Origin: Octopus sinensis
Lineage: Eukaryota
NCBI RefSeq assembly: GCF_006345805.1
Contig: NC_042997.1
Span: 91,016,001-91,080,000, forward strand
Direction: 5' to 3'
DNA: 64,000 bases
In this document: positions 1 through 14,053 of the stretch, piece by piece
Numbering within the stretch: position 1 is the first letter of the stretch
How the letters are laid out: every line of letters begins with the position of its first letter
The notes under the pieces: generated by a model
Seen by the model: the letters and a program-made list of their open reading frames with translations, nothing else
What the model was told of the DNA's origin: nothing
Database searches by the model: none
Made by a program: the position numbers and the translations under genes

Positions 1-1924
1 TGTGTGTGTATTTCTTCAAGTGGTTGTAGCCAGGATACATTGCACAAATCCATGCCAGTTATCTCTTCCCACAATAGTTATGATAGATCCTCAGTTTCAT
101 GTTGTGTCTCTCTGCCAGTAACGTCAATGTAACTGAGTGGTCTTTGTTACTTAGGTTGCAGAAGTCTCCGAAACATAACACCCGATACATTGTACTGCTG
201 AGCATAATAACAACGACCACCAAAGCCTGCTCTACATTGAGCAAAAATTGTAGAGATGGGTGGAATGTGTCCACAAATTCCCTCTTTGGTCTTGTCTTTG
301 CTCTATGAGATGCTTGGTCTATGTTCCATCATGGTAACATTGAAGCTCCTCCTTCATAATCCAGATTTCTACTCTATAAAGAAGAAAATTCTCAACACAT
401 TCTCTGAAGAATAGCATAATTGACTTTGAAATATTTGATTACTAGATATATTGAAGTGTTGTACAGACACTAAATACATTTGTGTCTACATACAGATACA
501 CACACAAACATATATACATACAAACATTTGCATCTATATGCATGTGCACAGAACATGCACACAAGTATGTTTTTATGCATGCATGTATTGTATAACCATG
601 ATGTTCCAGTATCTGATGAGATGGCTTCCTTTATTTGCATAAATATGTGAACATGCAATTGCACACATTAATGCAAACGCATAATTCCTTGCATACTGAA
701 ATTAATACTAGTTGAAGAAGGTTGCAAAATGATCTTTATTCTAAAGAAGTTATGTGGTTAAATATATATTCCACTCACAGACTTCCTGATTTTATATAAT
801 TATATCTACTGCATATGTATACTGCATCAGGTTGCTGATGTGTGCTTACTGATAGCATGCAGACTGTACAATGTTCCATAGTTGGGTCATAGTAAAACAA
901 ACACCAAATAAATAAATGGGTGGTAGAACCAAACAACCATGTAGCAATGTCATGTTTTAGAAATTCTGGATTAGTATCTGGCATTCTCTGAGACCACTAG
1001 GAGTGGTGAAACACACCTTAGCATTTATAGAAGCATTCTACATCAGAAATGTAATTGGCTAGACAATTTCCAAATGCTGCTGTGCAGCTTCTTTACTAAA
1101 AGGGCCAAGATCATGGCCATCAACCAGGATCCAGAGCAGCTTGCTATACAATTCCATGGGATCAAACTAACTCTGGTTGACAAGTTCAAGTATCTGGGTT
1201 TCATTGTCGATCAAATATCAGACTTCAGCCAGGAATTCAGCTCTGAAGCCATTTAATACAATATGGAGAGACTGTACCTTCAACAAAGGCATGAAGCTAA
1301 ATTTTTTAAAAAACTAATCTCATCAGTAGTGTTGTATGAGTGTGATGCATGGACCCCAGAGGATGGTGGACACCAAGTTCATTTCTGAATATACTGATTG
1401 CTCATGGAAACTTGGCAATCAAAGATTTAACAGTTGACTTTAAAGATCAGATCCACTCCAATCTGTATTGTCCAAAAAATTCAACCAATTGATCTTATTA
1501 GAATTATCTCCCTTGATTTTAGATTTTGAACTAGATTTGGATAACAAAGTTTTTCAATTAACTATGACGCCTGAGATTTTGTGTGCAAAATATTCCCTTG
1601 AGGTATTTTTCTTGTCAATCTTGTAATATTTATAAGAAGCACACCATATTCCATTTATTCCTGAATATCTTGATCATTCTTATCTTGCCGAATGAACAGA
1701 GCATACTTTATTGAGGAGGTTTAATAGGATGGAAATATGTCTTGCTCTCACTAGTTAGCTTTAAAGACATAATCCATTCTAATCTGCATTGTCTACATTG
1801 TCCAAAACTTTACATTGACTGATCATATTAGAGTTATCTCTCGTTTGTTTGTTTTTTGTTTTTAAATTTCCTTTCTACTTATCTCTTGGATTATCTCGAT
1901 TGAAAATTTTGCAATACAATATAC

Positions 1925-2146
1925 CAGCAGTCCCCAACAGTCCTTGCACCACGGACCAGTTTCATGCAAAACAATTTTCCCAAGGACTAGGGGATTACGC
2001 TTATTACAAAACACAAAGTGTATAATAAATAATTTAATTATTACATATATAATGCATAGTTAATAAACTAGAAATATCATTTTAAAATTTAGTTTCTATG
2101 TGGCCTGGTACCAAATGAGTTACGGCTTGGTGATTGGGGACCCCGA
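1925..2146. mobile_element. hAT (Charlie-like) MITE
   Basis: Termini CAGCAGTCCCCAAC / ATTGGGGACCCCGA; 8-bp TSD CAATATAC/CACTATAC (7/8 match). Same family as 7293-8077. Confidence 0.7.
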
Positions 2147-3004
2147 CACTATACTACCTATATGAGAACCTACCGTGTCTTACATTTAATGTGCAGAACG
2201 TTCCCGTGAGGTACTTTTCCTCAGCTATATCATGGAATCGGGTTGCTTTTGAAGGACTGAAGAAAATTAGTAGAGCTCCACCCAAAAGTCTTGCAATATT
2301 TTGTTACGTCCCTTTACGTTGTGAGATCAAATCCCACTCGGGTCGATTTTGTCCTTCATACTTTCGTGTTAGATAAAGCAAGTAAAGTACCAGTTTAAGT
2401 ATTGGGGTCAATATAATCGGTACTACTTAAGAAGATGGACCCAACGCGCGTACCGCACCCGCGATAAAGAAAAAAACCTTCTTAAATAGTACCATATAAT
2501 CTAGTATACGCCTTCCAGAAAATCGGTGACCTTGTGTCAATGTTAAAAATTAATGCCATTTATCAGATACACCTTTAAGCAGGTACAGGTGAAGCCTCAG
2601 CCTCATATCTATCAATAAATGCTTATACGTGTACGTCTGTTTGCACGGCCCAAGCCGTATACACACGGTAAAAGGAATGATTCTTTAACACTACTGATTG
2701 ACCAATTTTCGAAATATATTATCCATTATTAATATCCGACTGACACTGTCATCCTCCTTATCGCCACTACCATCACCAACAATAACAATAACGTATTCGT
2801 TGCTAATATTGTCATCATGATCACATCGGCAATGTCGATTTGTTTCGACGATAACTGAATCATAATCAATTCATGACCAGTACTCTATTTTATTGATATA
2901 GAAAATGAATTCAGTCCGGATTTTAATTTTTTTAAAAAGAGAGAGAGAGACCTATTGAAAATCCCGTGAAACATCTAAGCTCATTATCCTTTCTGCCAAC
3001 TCAC

Positions 3005-3250
3005 CATCATACCATTACTAGTGCTACTACTGTTACAGTATCAACGACATCTGTCACCGAACTTAGTGACCAGCCACGAGAGGAAACGGCTGCCGAGACG
3101 CCATTAATAAAAGAAAAAGAAAAATTCAGTCAAAACAAACTTGATAACAAACGTCATAATACGTCATAGTTGAGGCCACGCCTACCTTCTCCTCCCACTC
3201 TGTAGCAACACGCAGGAATTGCGATTACGCATGCAGTGTAAGGAGACGTG
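3005..3250 (-). promoter_or_regulatory. Candidate promoter and first exon of a divergent (minus-strand) gene
   Basis: CpG-rich unique sequence with two TGACGT half-CREs (about 3147-3166) and GGCGTGGCC (about 3175-3183). A strong minus-strand donor ATGATG|GTGAGT has its GT at 3004. No recognisable coding sequence. Confidence 0.3.
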
Positions 3251-4901
3251 GGAGAAAAGATGCAGTATACAGTTGACAATATATTAAACCACTTAAACAC
3301 TCAATTAGAACAAACATGCGCATACTCTAAAATACACACACATATTCCGCTGCTTTTGACACATTTCTCTTATTTATCAGCATAACTTGCCATACTACGT
3401 AAACCTGATTAGAGGGGAAGTCAGTGAATAGTGTAACGCTAAATAAATAGATCAACGCGCATATATACACATGAACAAATTAAATGCTTCATGGGCACTT
3501 GTGATACTTATTTGTAGCGAGAAGAGGGTGAGTCGATTGAATTGGGCTCCCAAATCTATGAACGCGTAAAAGGTTGAAAGGTCAACTCTAGCATAGTCCC
3601 GTATCCTGTCGAACTTACCAAAAGCATGCCATCAATGACCATCTGGTCTGTTATTTGTTTATTTTTTTTAGGGATGTATTCTGCATTACATTAGCCGATA
3701 TGTCCTTTTTAAAGATTGGTCATGTGTGACTTTGAAGTCTATTTGACTGCTGTTTCAAGTGGGTCGAGCAACTGTACAGAGGTTCCCTCGTTAACATGAA
3801 CTTCATGTTATTGTTTAGCCTTGGATCACCTCTCGAGCAGACATGTGATCAAAGTTATTCCAGTCGTGACAATCTCATCATTTTGTATGTCTCGGTTTAC
3901 ATTATCCGATGTGTCTCTTTTCCCTTTAAGACAGTAATGTGGCGGGGGGGGGTGCTATAAAGATTAACGGAACGAGAATGGGTAAAATGTTTTGCTGCTG
4001 TGGGGAAAGCAGTTTCACCGACGTGACACTCCTTCGACTTTCAAACCTTAATTAAATTAGAGTTAGCTTATTTACTATAGGAAAGTATTTTAAAAGCCAA
4101 CTTAAAATAATTATGACCTGAGGGGGTGGGGGACAATTTTACTTATTGATTGGCTACCGTGTATTTTTATTTTTAGGTAAGTCCTGGAGACAGCTCTGAA
4201 TATATTTGTGCATTTTTGACCTCGTTACTGTACTTTGCAAAATAAGTGTAAAAGCTTGTATATAGGTTAGTGTACGAAAACAAAATTGTTTAGAGACACC
4301 AACTGCAAGTAAAACTATAGTGAAGTCACTTTTAACATTTAATGATTGAAACATTTAAACACCAACTACATATATTTTAAACTTTTAATAGGCTTTAACA
4401 GAGAATTGAAATCAAGTTGCAGATTTGGCATGGAGAAAGATCACTGCTTGTTCAAATGCACTCAGCTCCACACACAATGTCTTTCCTAACACCAACTACT
4501 TTCCAAAGTGAACAGGATGCTTTTTATGTGGAACCAGTGCCAGTGAGGTTATCAAATAACGCGCAAGGCAAAGATTTTGAGATGTGGTATTGAAGGAGGT
4601 GGCTTTATGCCAGGTGATAAGAGGTTAGAATATGACAAAGGGACAGAAACCGGTATCTTGCTGCATAGGAAATACTTGGGTATCCCAGATGGAGGGAGAG
4701 AGCAAGAGAGAGATGATGGCAATGTGCCAAGGTATACTCTCAAGGTACAGGGATGTGAATATAAATGGAATGGTAGAGGATTGTCTAGGGTACATGAGTA
4801 GAAAGTTCACAAGAATGTGAAAATAGGTGTATATATATGTATATAAATGTTTTTCTTTTGATAAATATATATATATATATGTGCCTATATATATATATAT
4901 A

Positions 4902-5063
4902 GGCACAGGAATGGCTGTGTGGTAAGAAGCTTACTTCCCAGTCACATAGTTCAGGATTCAATCCAACTACATGGCACCTTGTGGAAATGTCTTCTGTTAT
5001 AGCCTTGGGATGACCAAAACCTTGTCAGTGGATTTGGTAAACAGAAACTGAAAGAAGCCCCTC

Positions 5064-5097
<34 letters not shown>

Positions 5098-5654
5098 ACA
5101 TTTGTCCCCCACCACTGCTTGACAACTGGTGTTGATGTGTTTGCATCTCTGTAACTTGGTGATTTGGCAAAAGAGACTGATAGAATAAGTACCAGGCTTT
5201 AAAAATAAGTAAATTCAAGGTGGTGCCCCAGCATAGCCATAATCTAATGACTGAAACAGGTAAACGGTGTGTATATATATATATATATATATATGCACGG
5301 TATGGCTGTGTAGTAAGAAGCTTGCTTTCCAACCACATGGCTCCTTTGGTAAGTGTTTTCTACGAAAGCTTTGTGTCTTCTGGCCAAAGCTTTGTGAGTG
5401 GATTTAGTAGATGGAAACTGAAAGAAGTCCATTATGTATATATTTATGCATCTCTGTCTATGTTTGACTTGGCAACTGATGTTGGTGTGTTTACATCCCT
5501 GTAAATTAGCATTTCAGCAAAAGAGACCAATAGAAGTACTAGGCTTGCAAAAAGTCCTGGAGTTGATTTCTTCAACTAAAAAAAAAAAAAATGGAGGGTG
5601 GTACTCCAGCATGGCTGCAGTCAAATGACTGAAATAAGTAAAAATAAAAGAATA
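4902..5654 (+). mobile_element. Two tandem copies of the major tRNA-derived octopus SINE (4902-5263, 5295-5654)
   Basis: Head GGCACAGGAnTGGCTGTGTGGTAAGAAGCTT...GGTTCAnTCC; body GTGGATTTGGTAnACnGAAACTGAAAGAAGCCC; tail GACTGAAACAnGTAAA. The family recurs throughout the window. Confidence 0.85.
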
Positions 5655-5689
5655 TTTAGTGACTGCACGGTGTCAGGTAGAACTGAAAT

Positions 5690-7290
5690 GTCATTAGGAA
5701 GAAGTGCATACAAAATGATAAAGATATATTTACCATTGCTGTTGATGACAAAAGAGAAGCATAGAAGTGTTAGTATAAGAGGTTGTTGAATGAGGAGCAT
5801 ACTTGGGATGAAGAGGAACTGCTTCATGTTGATAAAGCGAGGAACCAGTATAATCAACAATGTGGTAGAGAAAACGACAACACAAATGTAGGAGAAGCTA
5901 GTGGCCCAGCAGAAATAGTTACTGAGATGCTCAAAATATCTGGCAAAGTAAGATACATGATAGTCACCTGAACACTTAATCAAGTAACCCAAGAATGTGT
6001 GACGTCCAATGAATTGTGTAGTAGTAGTAGTATTGTTGTAAACTGCTATAAGGGCAGAGGAGATGGTTTATGGAGTGGAAATTATAGAGGCATCATATAG
6101 TTGGACTAGGCTATGAAGATCACAATCACGAATTGAGTGATTAATTCAATGACATGCAGCTAGGTTTTAGACCTAGAAGAGGTCCCACAGGTGTAATCTT
6201 CTTACTGAGACAACTGTAGGAGAACTTAGCTAAGAACAAACCACAATACCTGGTATTTATTGACTGGGAGAAAACCTTTGATAGGTTACCATGCTCTGTT
6301 ATCTGGTGGTGTCTAAAGAAACTAGCTGTAAATCAATAGCTTGTGAGAACTCTTCCAGCTATGTACATAGGTACAGTTATTAAAGTGAAAGGTATCAATG
6401 AGTTCAGAGATGAATTTAGAATGAAGATAGGTGTCTAAGGTTCAGTCCTCAAACCATGCCTCTTCATTATAATCTTTACAGTCCATCACAGAGGAGTGTA
6501 TGACTAGCTGTCTTTAGGAACTCCTATATGCTGATGATCTGGATTTTATAGCTGAATCTATCTTTAGCAGTATTCATCTTCATCATCATTTAACATTCAC
6601 ATTTCCATGCTTGCATGAGTCAGATGGAATTTGTTGAAGCAGATTTTCTCTGACTGAATGCCCTTCGTGTCACCAACATTCACCGGTATTCCATTGATTA
6701 GCGAGGACATTCCAGACAATGAAGCAAAACCTAAAATTGAAGGGCCTCAAGATAAACTTAGCAAAGATTAAGATGTTTAGTATATAAGAAAGAAGACAGG
6801 ACTTCAACATTATCAGGGAAACTCACTTGCTTGACATGCAGAGAAGGAAGTGGTAGGAACTCCATATGCTGCATACAGCATAAGCTATGTTTACATAAGA
6901 GGTGTTGTGAAATTTCAGGAAGGCTAACAGTGAAGACAAGTTTTGTATGTGGCAGATGCAAAGGTAAGAAAGAAATGAAGCAAACAGGCTCTGATGAATA
7001 TGTAATGTAAATGTGCATTACACCAGAATGTGCATAAGCTGTAAGAGAAAACAGATATAAGAGGAATTAGGTATTACTGTGAAGAGAGAAAACTGTACTG
7101 ATGTGAGTATGTAATGTATATGAAAGATGACAGCTGTATGTCATGTCTATTGCTCAAAGTAAATGAAACCTTTTGAAGAGCAAGACCAAGGAAAACTCAA
7201 GAGAAAGCACAGAAACCTGATTTAAAGATATTACTCATCATGGAGAAGATAACAAAGGACTAAACTTATCGGTGATATGCAATGCTGTAG
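5690..7290 (+). mobile_element. RTE-type LINE reverse transcriptase relic (interrupted)
   Basis: Decayed RT motifs, including KASGPAEIVTEMLK, FIDWEKTFD and ELLYADDL (about 6520-6543), with multiple stops and frameshifts. Confidence 0.7.
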
Positions 7291-7292
7291 AA

Positions 7293-8077
7293 CAGCGGTT
7301 CTAACCTGTTTTTGCCTCAAAGGGTCAGTTTTGTGTAAAGCAATTTTTCCATGGACCATGTGCATAACAAAACACAAAGTGCAGAATATATAATTTAATT
7401 ATGTACACAGGGTGTTCAAAAACTCTCTCTGCAGTGAATTTTTTGAAGATACCATCAACACTGAGAGATATTGCTCAAATATTGTCTATCCAATTGTAGG
7501 CCAATTCACTGAAAATGAAATTAATAATACATAATTTCAGCAAGATGGAGCTACAGCACATACTTCGCACATCACCATGGTGCTACTTTAAGAGTTTTTC
7601 AAAGAATGGATTATTTTGAAGGGACTTTAGCCACATGATTTAACACTACCAGACTTTTTTTACCTGGGGAGCAAATAAAGGATCAACGTACAAGAATCGC
7701 CTAGAAACCATTAATGAACTAAAAGATGCAATCCTAGCCTTCACATGGTCCATACCACGTCAGACTCTCCAAGATGTATTTCAAAACGTGTTGAAAAGTC
7801 AACTTATGTATTGAAAATGAAGGACAACACTTTTAACACCTCTTATAAAGTTTTTTAAAGTCTTGTAATGTCTAATATATTCTTTTGTAGTATAAGACTA
7901 AAAATGAATAAATATTTATTTTGCAATAAAATGCTTATTGTGGAGAGACTTTTTGAACACCCTGTATAATAGATATATAATGCAAACAGTGATAAAACAG
8001 AAATAAATTGTTTTAATTTATTCTTTCTGTGCAGCCTCTTACCAAAGGATCTGTGGCCTGGTGGTTGGGAATCTTCA
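7293..8077. mobile_element. hAT (Charlie-like) MITE interrupted by a Tc1/mariner insertion
   Basis: Termini CAGCGGTTCTAACC / GGTTGGGAATC; 8-bp TSD CTGTAGAA/CTATAGAA. The internal sequence aligns by eye with 1925-2146. Confidence 0.7.
7408..7964 (+). mobile_element. Internally deleted Tc1/mariner element
   Basis: About 26-bp TIRs CAGGGTGTTCAAAAAnTCTCTC, with TA after the right end. The internal fragment encodes FQQDGATAHTS and a PHDLTLPDF-like DDE motif. Confidence 0.85.
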
Positions 8078-9558
8078 CTATAGAAGATCTAACCAATGGC
8101 AAAAACATACCTTAACACAAGGATATTGTTTAGAAGCTGAAATATTTTATACCCTGCTAATCCAACAATCTGCTGACCTCCTCACTCTGCACACTGTCAC
8201 CAACTTTTCTTCTACCTATTCCTCACCCTTCTCATAGACCCTGTCTCTAATATATCTCCCTACCACCTATATTGAGCACATCATCATCAATACTTTTCCT
8301 CACCCTGGTCCCTTCAACCTTCATAGGCCTATGTACGAGAGACTTCATCAAACCACTGTCAGCTCTCTACCCAATGCACTTTAACTTCATTCTATACCAC
8401 AAACCAGTACAATTTCTCTCTAGGCCATTTCTGTTCTCTTGACACCCTTGATCTTCATAGGCCTACCATAACAGACTGCATCGAACTGCACCCAATATAC
8501 CATAGCTTTATCATTGTATTATCCCAGTATTCACTCTCTCCCTTTCTAGGTCATATCTGTTGCCACACATCACTTATTCTTTGCTCTTATCATATAGATT
8601 CCTGCTCTTCCCATCCACTCATTCTGGTTTATTCTGATGTTATTGATGTCGTTCCTAATCACCCACTTAGTCTCCTGAGCAAATTTCCAGGAATTTATGT
8701 ACTGTCTTTGCTTACAATCATGGTCTTGTCACCTATTTATGACTGAGTAGCTGTCAGCACTCTCTCTTGCATTCTGTTGTCTTCCTCAGACCACAAATCT
8801 TAAGTTATTGAGTACTCTCTACATTTCCTGTGTACAAGGCAACTTTTCCCATCCCCTATGCAGGTGCATGATGAAGGACCACCAAATCATGAAATCGTGC
8901 AATCCACAGAAAGAGACTAGAGAATGTGGTAACCTCTATAGTTTTATTATCATGAAAAATATACAATGTACATAATGAAGAACTGTTAGCAATAGGAATG
9001 TCATCCAGCCTTAGCAAGTAAAATGACATGTGAGCACCTTTCTATAGGAGCAGCATCCTCTAGTAGCACTGATTTGGATTGTGATGTCCAATCCAACTTA
9101 TGCTGGCATGGAATAGCAGATGTAAAATGATGATTATGTACATATATATATATGTGTGTGTGTTAGGTGGTTGGTCTTAGGAAGGACATCCAGCTGTAAA
9201 AACCATGCCAAAACAGACACACAAGTCTGGTGCAGGCTCCTGTCTGTCAAAACATCCAAACCATGCCAATGATGAGGATATATATATTCTATTTCTGATG
9301 ATGGAACAGATTGCTGCTATATCTCATTTTGCCTCTGATGAGGCAATAGATCATTGATATATAGATAGCTACCACTTTTTTTGCACAACATGCACCATTT
9401 TTGTATCTGTTCTTGAAACAGCTGTAAGAGACTTTCTGCACTCCTTATTACTTTCTTCCTTCTTATGATCTATACTCATGTTTAAAAATATAAATGACAT
9501 AATCTAACCTGATGCCAGTTGTTTTGCCTGATCATACTTGTATCCTATTATGCATTAA

Positions 9559-9870
9559 GGCACATGGCTCAGTGGTTAGAGTATCGGGATCACAATCATG
9601 GACCAGCTGTGTGCTGTGTTCTTGAGCAAGACACTTTATTTCACATTGCTCCAGTTCACTCAGCTGTAGAAATGAGTTGTGATGTCACTGGTGCCAAGCT
9701 ATACTGGCTTTTGCCTTTCCTTTGGATAACATTGGTGGTGTGGAGAGGGAAGACTGGTATTCATGAGTGAGTGTTGGTCTTCTATAAACAACCTTACCCG
9801 GAATTGCCTCAGAAGGGAACTTTTTAGGTGCAATCCCATGGTCATTCATGACTGAAGGAGGTGTTTACCC
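9559..9870 (+). mobile_element. Second tRNA-derived SINE family; also at 20689-20832 (+), 61021-61331 (+) and about 10500-10705 (-)
   Basis: Head TGGCTCAGTGGTTAGAG; body CTTGAGCAAGACACTTTATTTCACATTGCTCCAGTTCACTCAGCTGTAGAAATGAG. Confidence 0.8.
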
Positions 9871-10033
9871 TACTTGCTTAATTGATAAACTGTGTATAAC
9901 CAATCATTATGCAGTCCTAACATCTCTGCTTTTAGTTGCTGTTAAAGTTGGAGTTTTAGACAATAAGTCAATGTTGAGCACTAATTGTATATACCCATTA
10001 CTTTATATCATCAGACATATTATTTAAACTATA

Positions 10034-10080
<47 letters not shown>

Positions 10081-10081
<1 letters not shown>

Positions 10082-10420
10082 CATCATCATCATCATCATT
10101 TAACGTCCGCTTTCCATGCTAGCATGGGTTGGATGATTTGACTGAGGACTGGCGAACCAGATGGCTGCACCAGGCTCCAATCTGATCTGGCAGAGTTTCT
10201 ACAGCTGGATGCCCTTCCTAACACCAACCACTCCGAGAGTGTAGTGGGTGCTTTTACGTGCCAGTCAGGCGGTACTGGCAACGGCTATGCTCAAATGGTG
10301 TTTTTTACGTGCCACCTGCACAGGAGTCTGTCCAGCGGCACTGGCAATGACCTCAATCGAATGTTTTGTTCACATGCCACTGGCAATGGTGCTTTTTACA
10401 TGCCAGTCTGGCTCTCTGTC
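10081..10420 (-). mobile_element. RTE-tailed non-autonomous retroelement with (ATC)n tail; also at 14085-14580, 20859-21085, 45140-45850, 50946-51267, 59577-59890 and 63090-63420
   Basis: Shared CATCATCATC(G)TTTAACGTCCGCTTTCCATGCTAGCATGGGTTGG...CAGCTGGATGCCCTTCCTAACGCCAACCACTC. Confidence 0.8.
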
Positions 10421-13400
10421 GGTTATGACAAGTGTTCCAGTTGATTTGTTCACAGAACAGCCTGCTCATGAAATCAATGTGCAAGTGGTAGAACACTCCC
10501 CAAAAGCATATACCTTTAACAGTTCTCAGGGAGATTCAGCATGATGTAAAATGTGACATGGCCAGCACTTTAAATTACAAATCATTTTTGCCAGCAGAGA
10601 GGACTGAAGTGATGTGAAATAAAGTGTCTTGCTGAAGAGCACAATGCACCACTGGAAATCAAACACACTACCTTATGATTGTGAGCCAAATACCCTAACC
10701 ACTATTAATTATTAATCCAAACAAGTGGAAGTAAAGCAGAAGTGAAGTTGAAAATGCATGAGGATTATATTAAGATTAATTAATTAATATAGGAATACAC
10801 TTGACAAGCTTCACATTAGATTTTCAAAAGTATATAGTATATGAAACTGTGTCCGCAAATTGTCTTTTGTGGCTGATCTCATACAAATTGTTTTTTTTAA
10901 AGAAAGGATGTGACCCAGAACACATAATGTACAAATTGATTGATCAGAGTTCATGTGTCAGCCATGCAAGGTCACATAAAAGCTTTTCTCCATTGAATAT
11001 GTCATATGACAATTAAAATAGAGAGATATGAATAAGTGATATTTTATTGTGGTTTTTCTTTCATTTTATGTCAGGAATTATAAGTATTTTAAGTTTTAAA
11101 ATATAATGATTGTTTACATAAAAGTGTTAGATGTGTAGATCGACCGTACGTAAAGGAGATGGTGACAAAAGTCTCCTTTTTGAATGCTGCACGGTCGCCT
11201 TACAAAAGAAGCCAAAATACATGGAATAAAAGAATACCAGTGCCAAGAAAGAATAAGGAGAAAACACAACCGTATAATGTATAAGAGAAAAGACTTTATT
11301 TACAGATGTGATCATGAGTAGCAGAGCATGTGTTCAAGAGTACAACAACAGTGTGTGTCTGTGTGTTCATCACAAGTGTATGTGTGCTAGCAGAGTGTGT
11401 CTGCGTGTTCGTGTGTGTTATAAGAGTGAGATAACAATACAGATCATAGAAAGAGTGTCCAGATACAAATGGAGTTAATTACCAGTTCGTAAGATACACA
11501 ATAGCTAGTTCTGTAACAGAGAGGTTGTGGCTTCTATCCTATGCCAGGTTACTTGGTACAGAAGATCTTGCAGGTAGACTGGACTGTTAACCTTGGCGAA
11601 TATTCACAACAGCGTAAAGTTAAACCTAGGTGATGTTGGTGGTGTCGATAAGCTTAAGGCGATGGTGGAGAAGATGGCGTTATGGTGTGTACGTCGATGG
11701 TGATGGTGATGGTGGAGAAAGCTCCTGAAATGCTGCAGTGGTGTTGGCGCTGTCTGTCACTGGGAACTAGTTGAGTCGCTGGAACATGGCTGAGTCACTC
11801 TGTGGTCAGAGGTTAGTCCTAAGAAGGACTAGGACCAAAAACCAATGATTCAATGGATTGCTGGGTTTTATAACATTCTAGAGGCTCCAGAAGAAAATCT
11901 AAAAGACTGTGTCATGGGACCTTATCGGAAAGTTGTGATTGGTTGGTCTACACATTGGCATGAAATAAAGCAAGAGATAAAACTGCACCAAAACCAACCA
12001 ATCAAAACAGTGGACACAACTGGTCCTAAGCACCAAAGGATGGCTGCTATCTGCCACGACGTTATTTGTATTGTATATCTCTGAGAGAGAGGATGTATTT
12101 CACCAAATGCTACAGATGATTATTGTATATTATTCTGTTGAAGAATAATGTTATCAATTAGTGCTAGTTTACTTCCACTGAATATGTTAAAACATATCTC
12201 TTTGCTAACTAATTGTGGGGTATGTAAGATAACAAGGTGTGGAGTAAATAAGATAGATAATATCTGCTATAAGAACTTTGGTTTTCTTAAGAAAATGTTC
12301 AAGTAGACATACATGATATATTTCTAGATTATTCATAATAAAAGGTGAATCATGTATTATTGATGTTTTTTCTAGCCTGTTCAGCCATGGCTTCTGTTTT
12401 TGAATAAACAAATTTTTCTTATTTATTCTTGTTTGATCTATAGTATTGTCTGCACATTGACAGAGTTGGAAAATAAGAAATTTGGAAGATTTGGTTTTCA
12501 CTAGATGTTCACTAAGTGGAAATTTTCTAGTATCTTGTATTTGTTGATGATGAATTGTTAATCTCATTCTTAAAGTGAGTTTAGTTTGTTCAAAGTAATC
12601 TTCCTTGCATCCATTACGCTTGATGGCATATATTAAATTTTTTGAAGAACAAGTAAAATGTATTTTTCATAGTAAAAATTTGTCCCAATTTAAATTTTTA
12701 AGTTGTGTCCTCAATAAAGTTGTCATAAGTTCCACAATCAAATGTGTGTTGGTGGAAGGAAAAGCATTCAATTGTAAAAAATCTGCCTCAGTTAATTCCA
12801 TCTGACCCATGCAAGCATGGGAATGTGGTTATTTATACAATGATGAGGATACACAATATGCATGTCTGTTTGTCTGTCTGTGTATGTATGTGTGTGTGTG
12901 TGTGTATATATATACACACACGTATATAAAATTTTATAATCATAATAGGGCACACAAGGTGCCAGCATTACTGTGAAAATCAGAGTTGAAAAATCCTCTA
13001 CAAAAACACCAATCACTGGAAATGTAACAAGCACAACAGAAATTGGGCTACAACCAAAGAAATTAACTTACCATCTCGGCTGAAAGCCGTAGACTGAGGA
13101 AATAGACATCCCTGGAACAACTGATTTGAAATTTTGAGAGCTTACCTCCCTTAATTCTCATCAACAGGTCTTACTATATATAACTTTGCTTGCCTTGCTG
13201 TACTTAGTAACTGTTGAAAAGCTAGTGCCAAATTCAAAATTGGTGTCAGTGTATAAAATTACTAAATGAATAAATATTCGAAAATATTTATACAGATATT
13301 ATTATTAATTATTATTAGTAAAATGAATAATAACAGCAATAATATAAGCGACCAGCAACTCCAAAATTTTATGATTAATTTATAACTATAATAGGGTATA

Positions 13401-13977
13401 CGAGGTGCCAACATTGTGAAAATCAAAGTTGAAAAATCCTCTAAAGAAAACCCACCAACCACTGGAAATGTAACAAGCACAAGAGGATTTTTCAACTCTG
13501 ATTTTCATGGCATTGCTGGCAACTCATATGCCATATTATAATTATAAATTAATTATAAAATTTTGGATTTCCCATTTATCAGCTTTTGTTTACTGGCCAC
13601 TTATATTATTGTTGTTATTATTCATTTTACTAATGATAATTAATAACAATATCTATATATATTTATTTAAGAATCCATATCAGAAAAATAGGTACTTGTA
13701 TATTTGTCATATATTAATCAAAGTATACAGTATTGTGGATCCATTACAGCTGACCTTGCATATTGGTTTTGCATCAGATATTAGATAATTTGGGCAGTTA
13801 TCGAATATATGTGCTCTTCAGGGATAAAAAGAATAATATGGGGGTTATATTTTTTACCTTACCTGCTATCCCTGAGGAGCACATATTTTAGATAACTGAC
13901 CAGATACCTAATATCAGATGTGAAACTGATTTGTAAGATTGGCTGTAATGATTTATAGTACTATATACTTTAATTAC

Positions 13978-14011
<34 letters not shown>

Positions 14012-14012
14012 A

Positions 14013-14053
<41 letters not shown>

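Noticed and set aside
2566-2605. Minus-strand coding exon MRLRLHLYLLK
   Set aside because: Weak donor, no clear acceptor and no recognisable homology.
4902-4985. tRNA genes at SINE heads (also 9559, 48767 and others)
   Set aside because: A/B boxes are present, but there is no intact cloverleaf and each continues into a SINE body.
11125-11820. Solo LTR (starts with TG, minus-strand AATAAA)
   Set aside because: I could not find a matching CA terminus with a TSD; left unclassified.
13795-13900. Hammerhead motifs in the foldback arms (CTGAAGA/CTGAGGA ... GATAA)
   Set aside because: Only the first half of the core fits. GAUA replaces GAAA, and no stem I/III arrangement with a cleavage triplet could be built.
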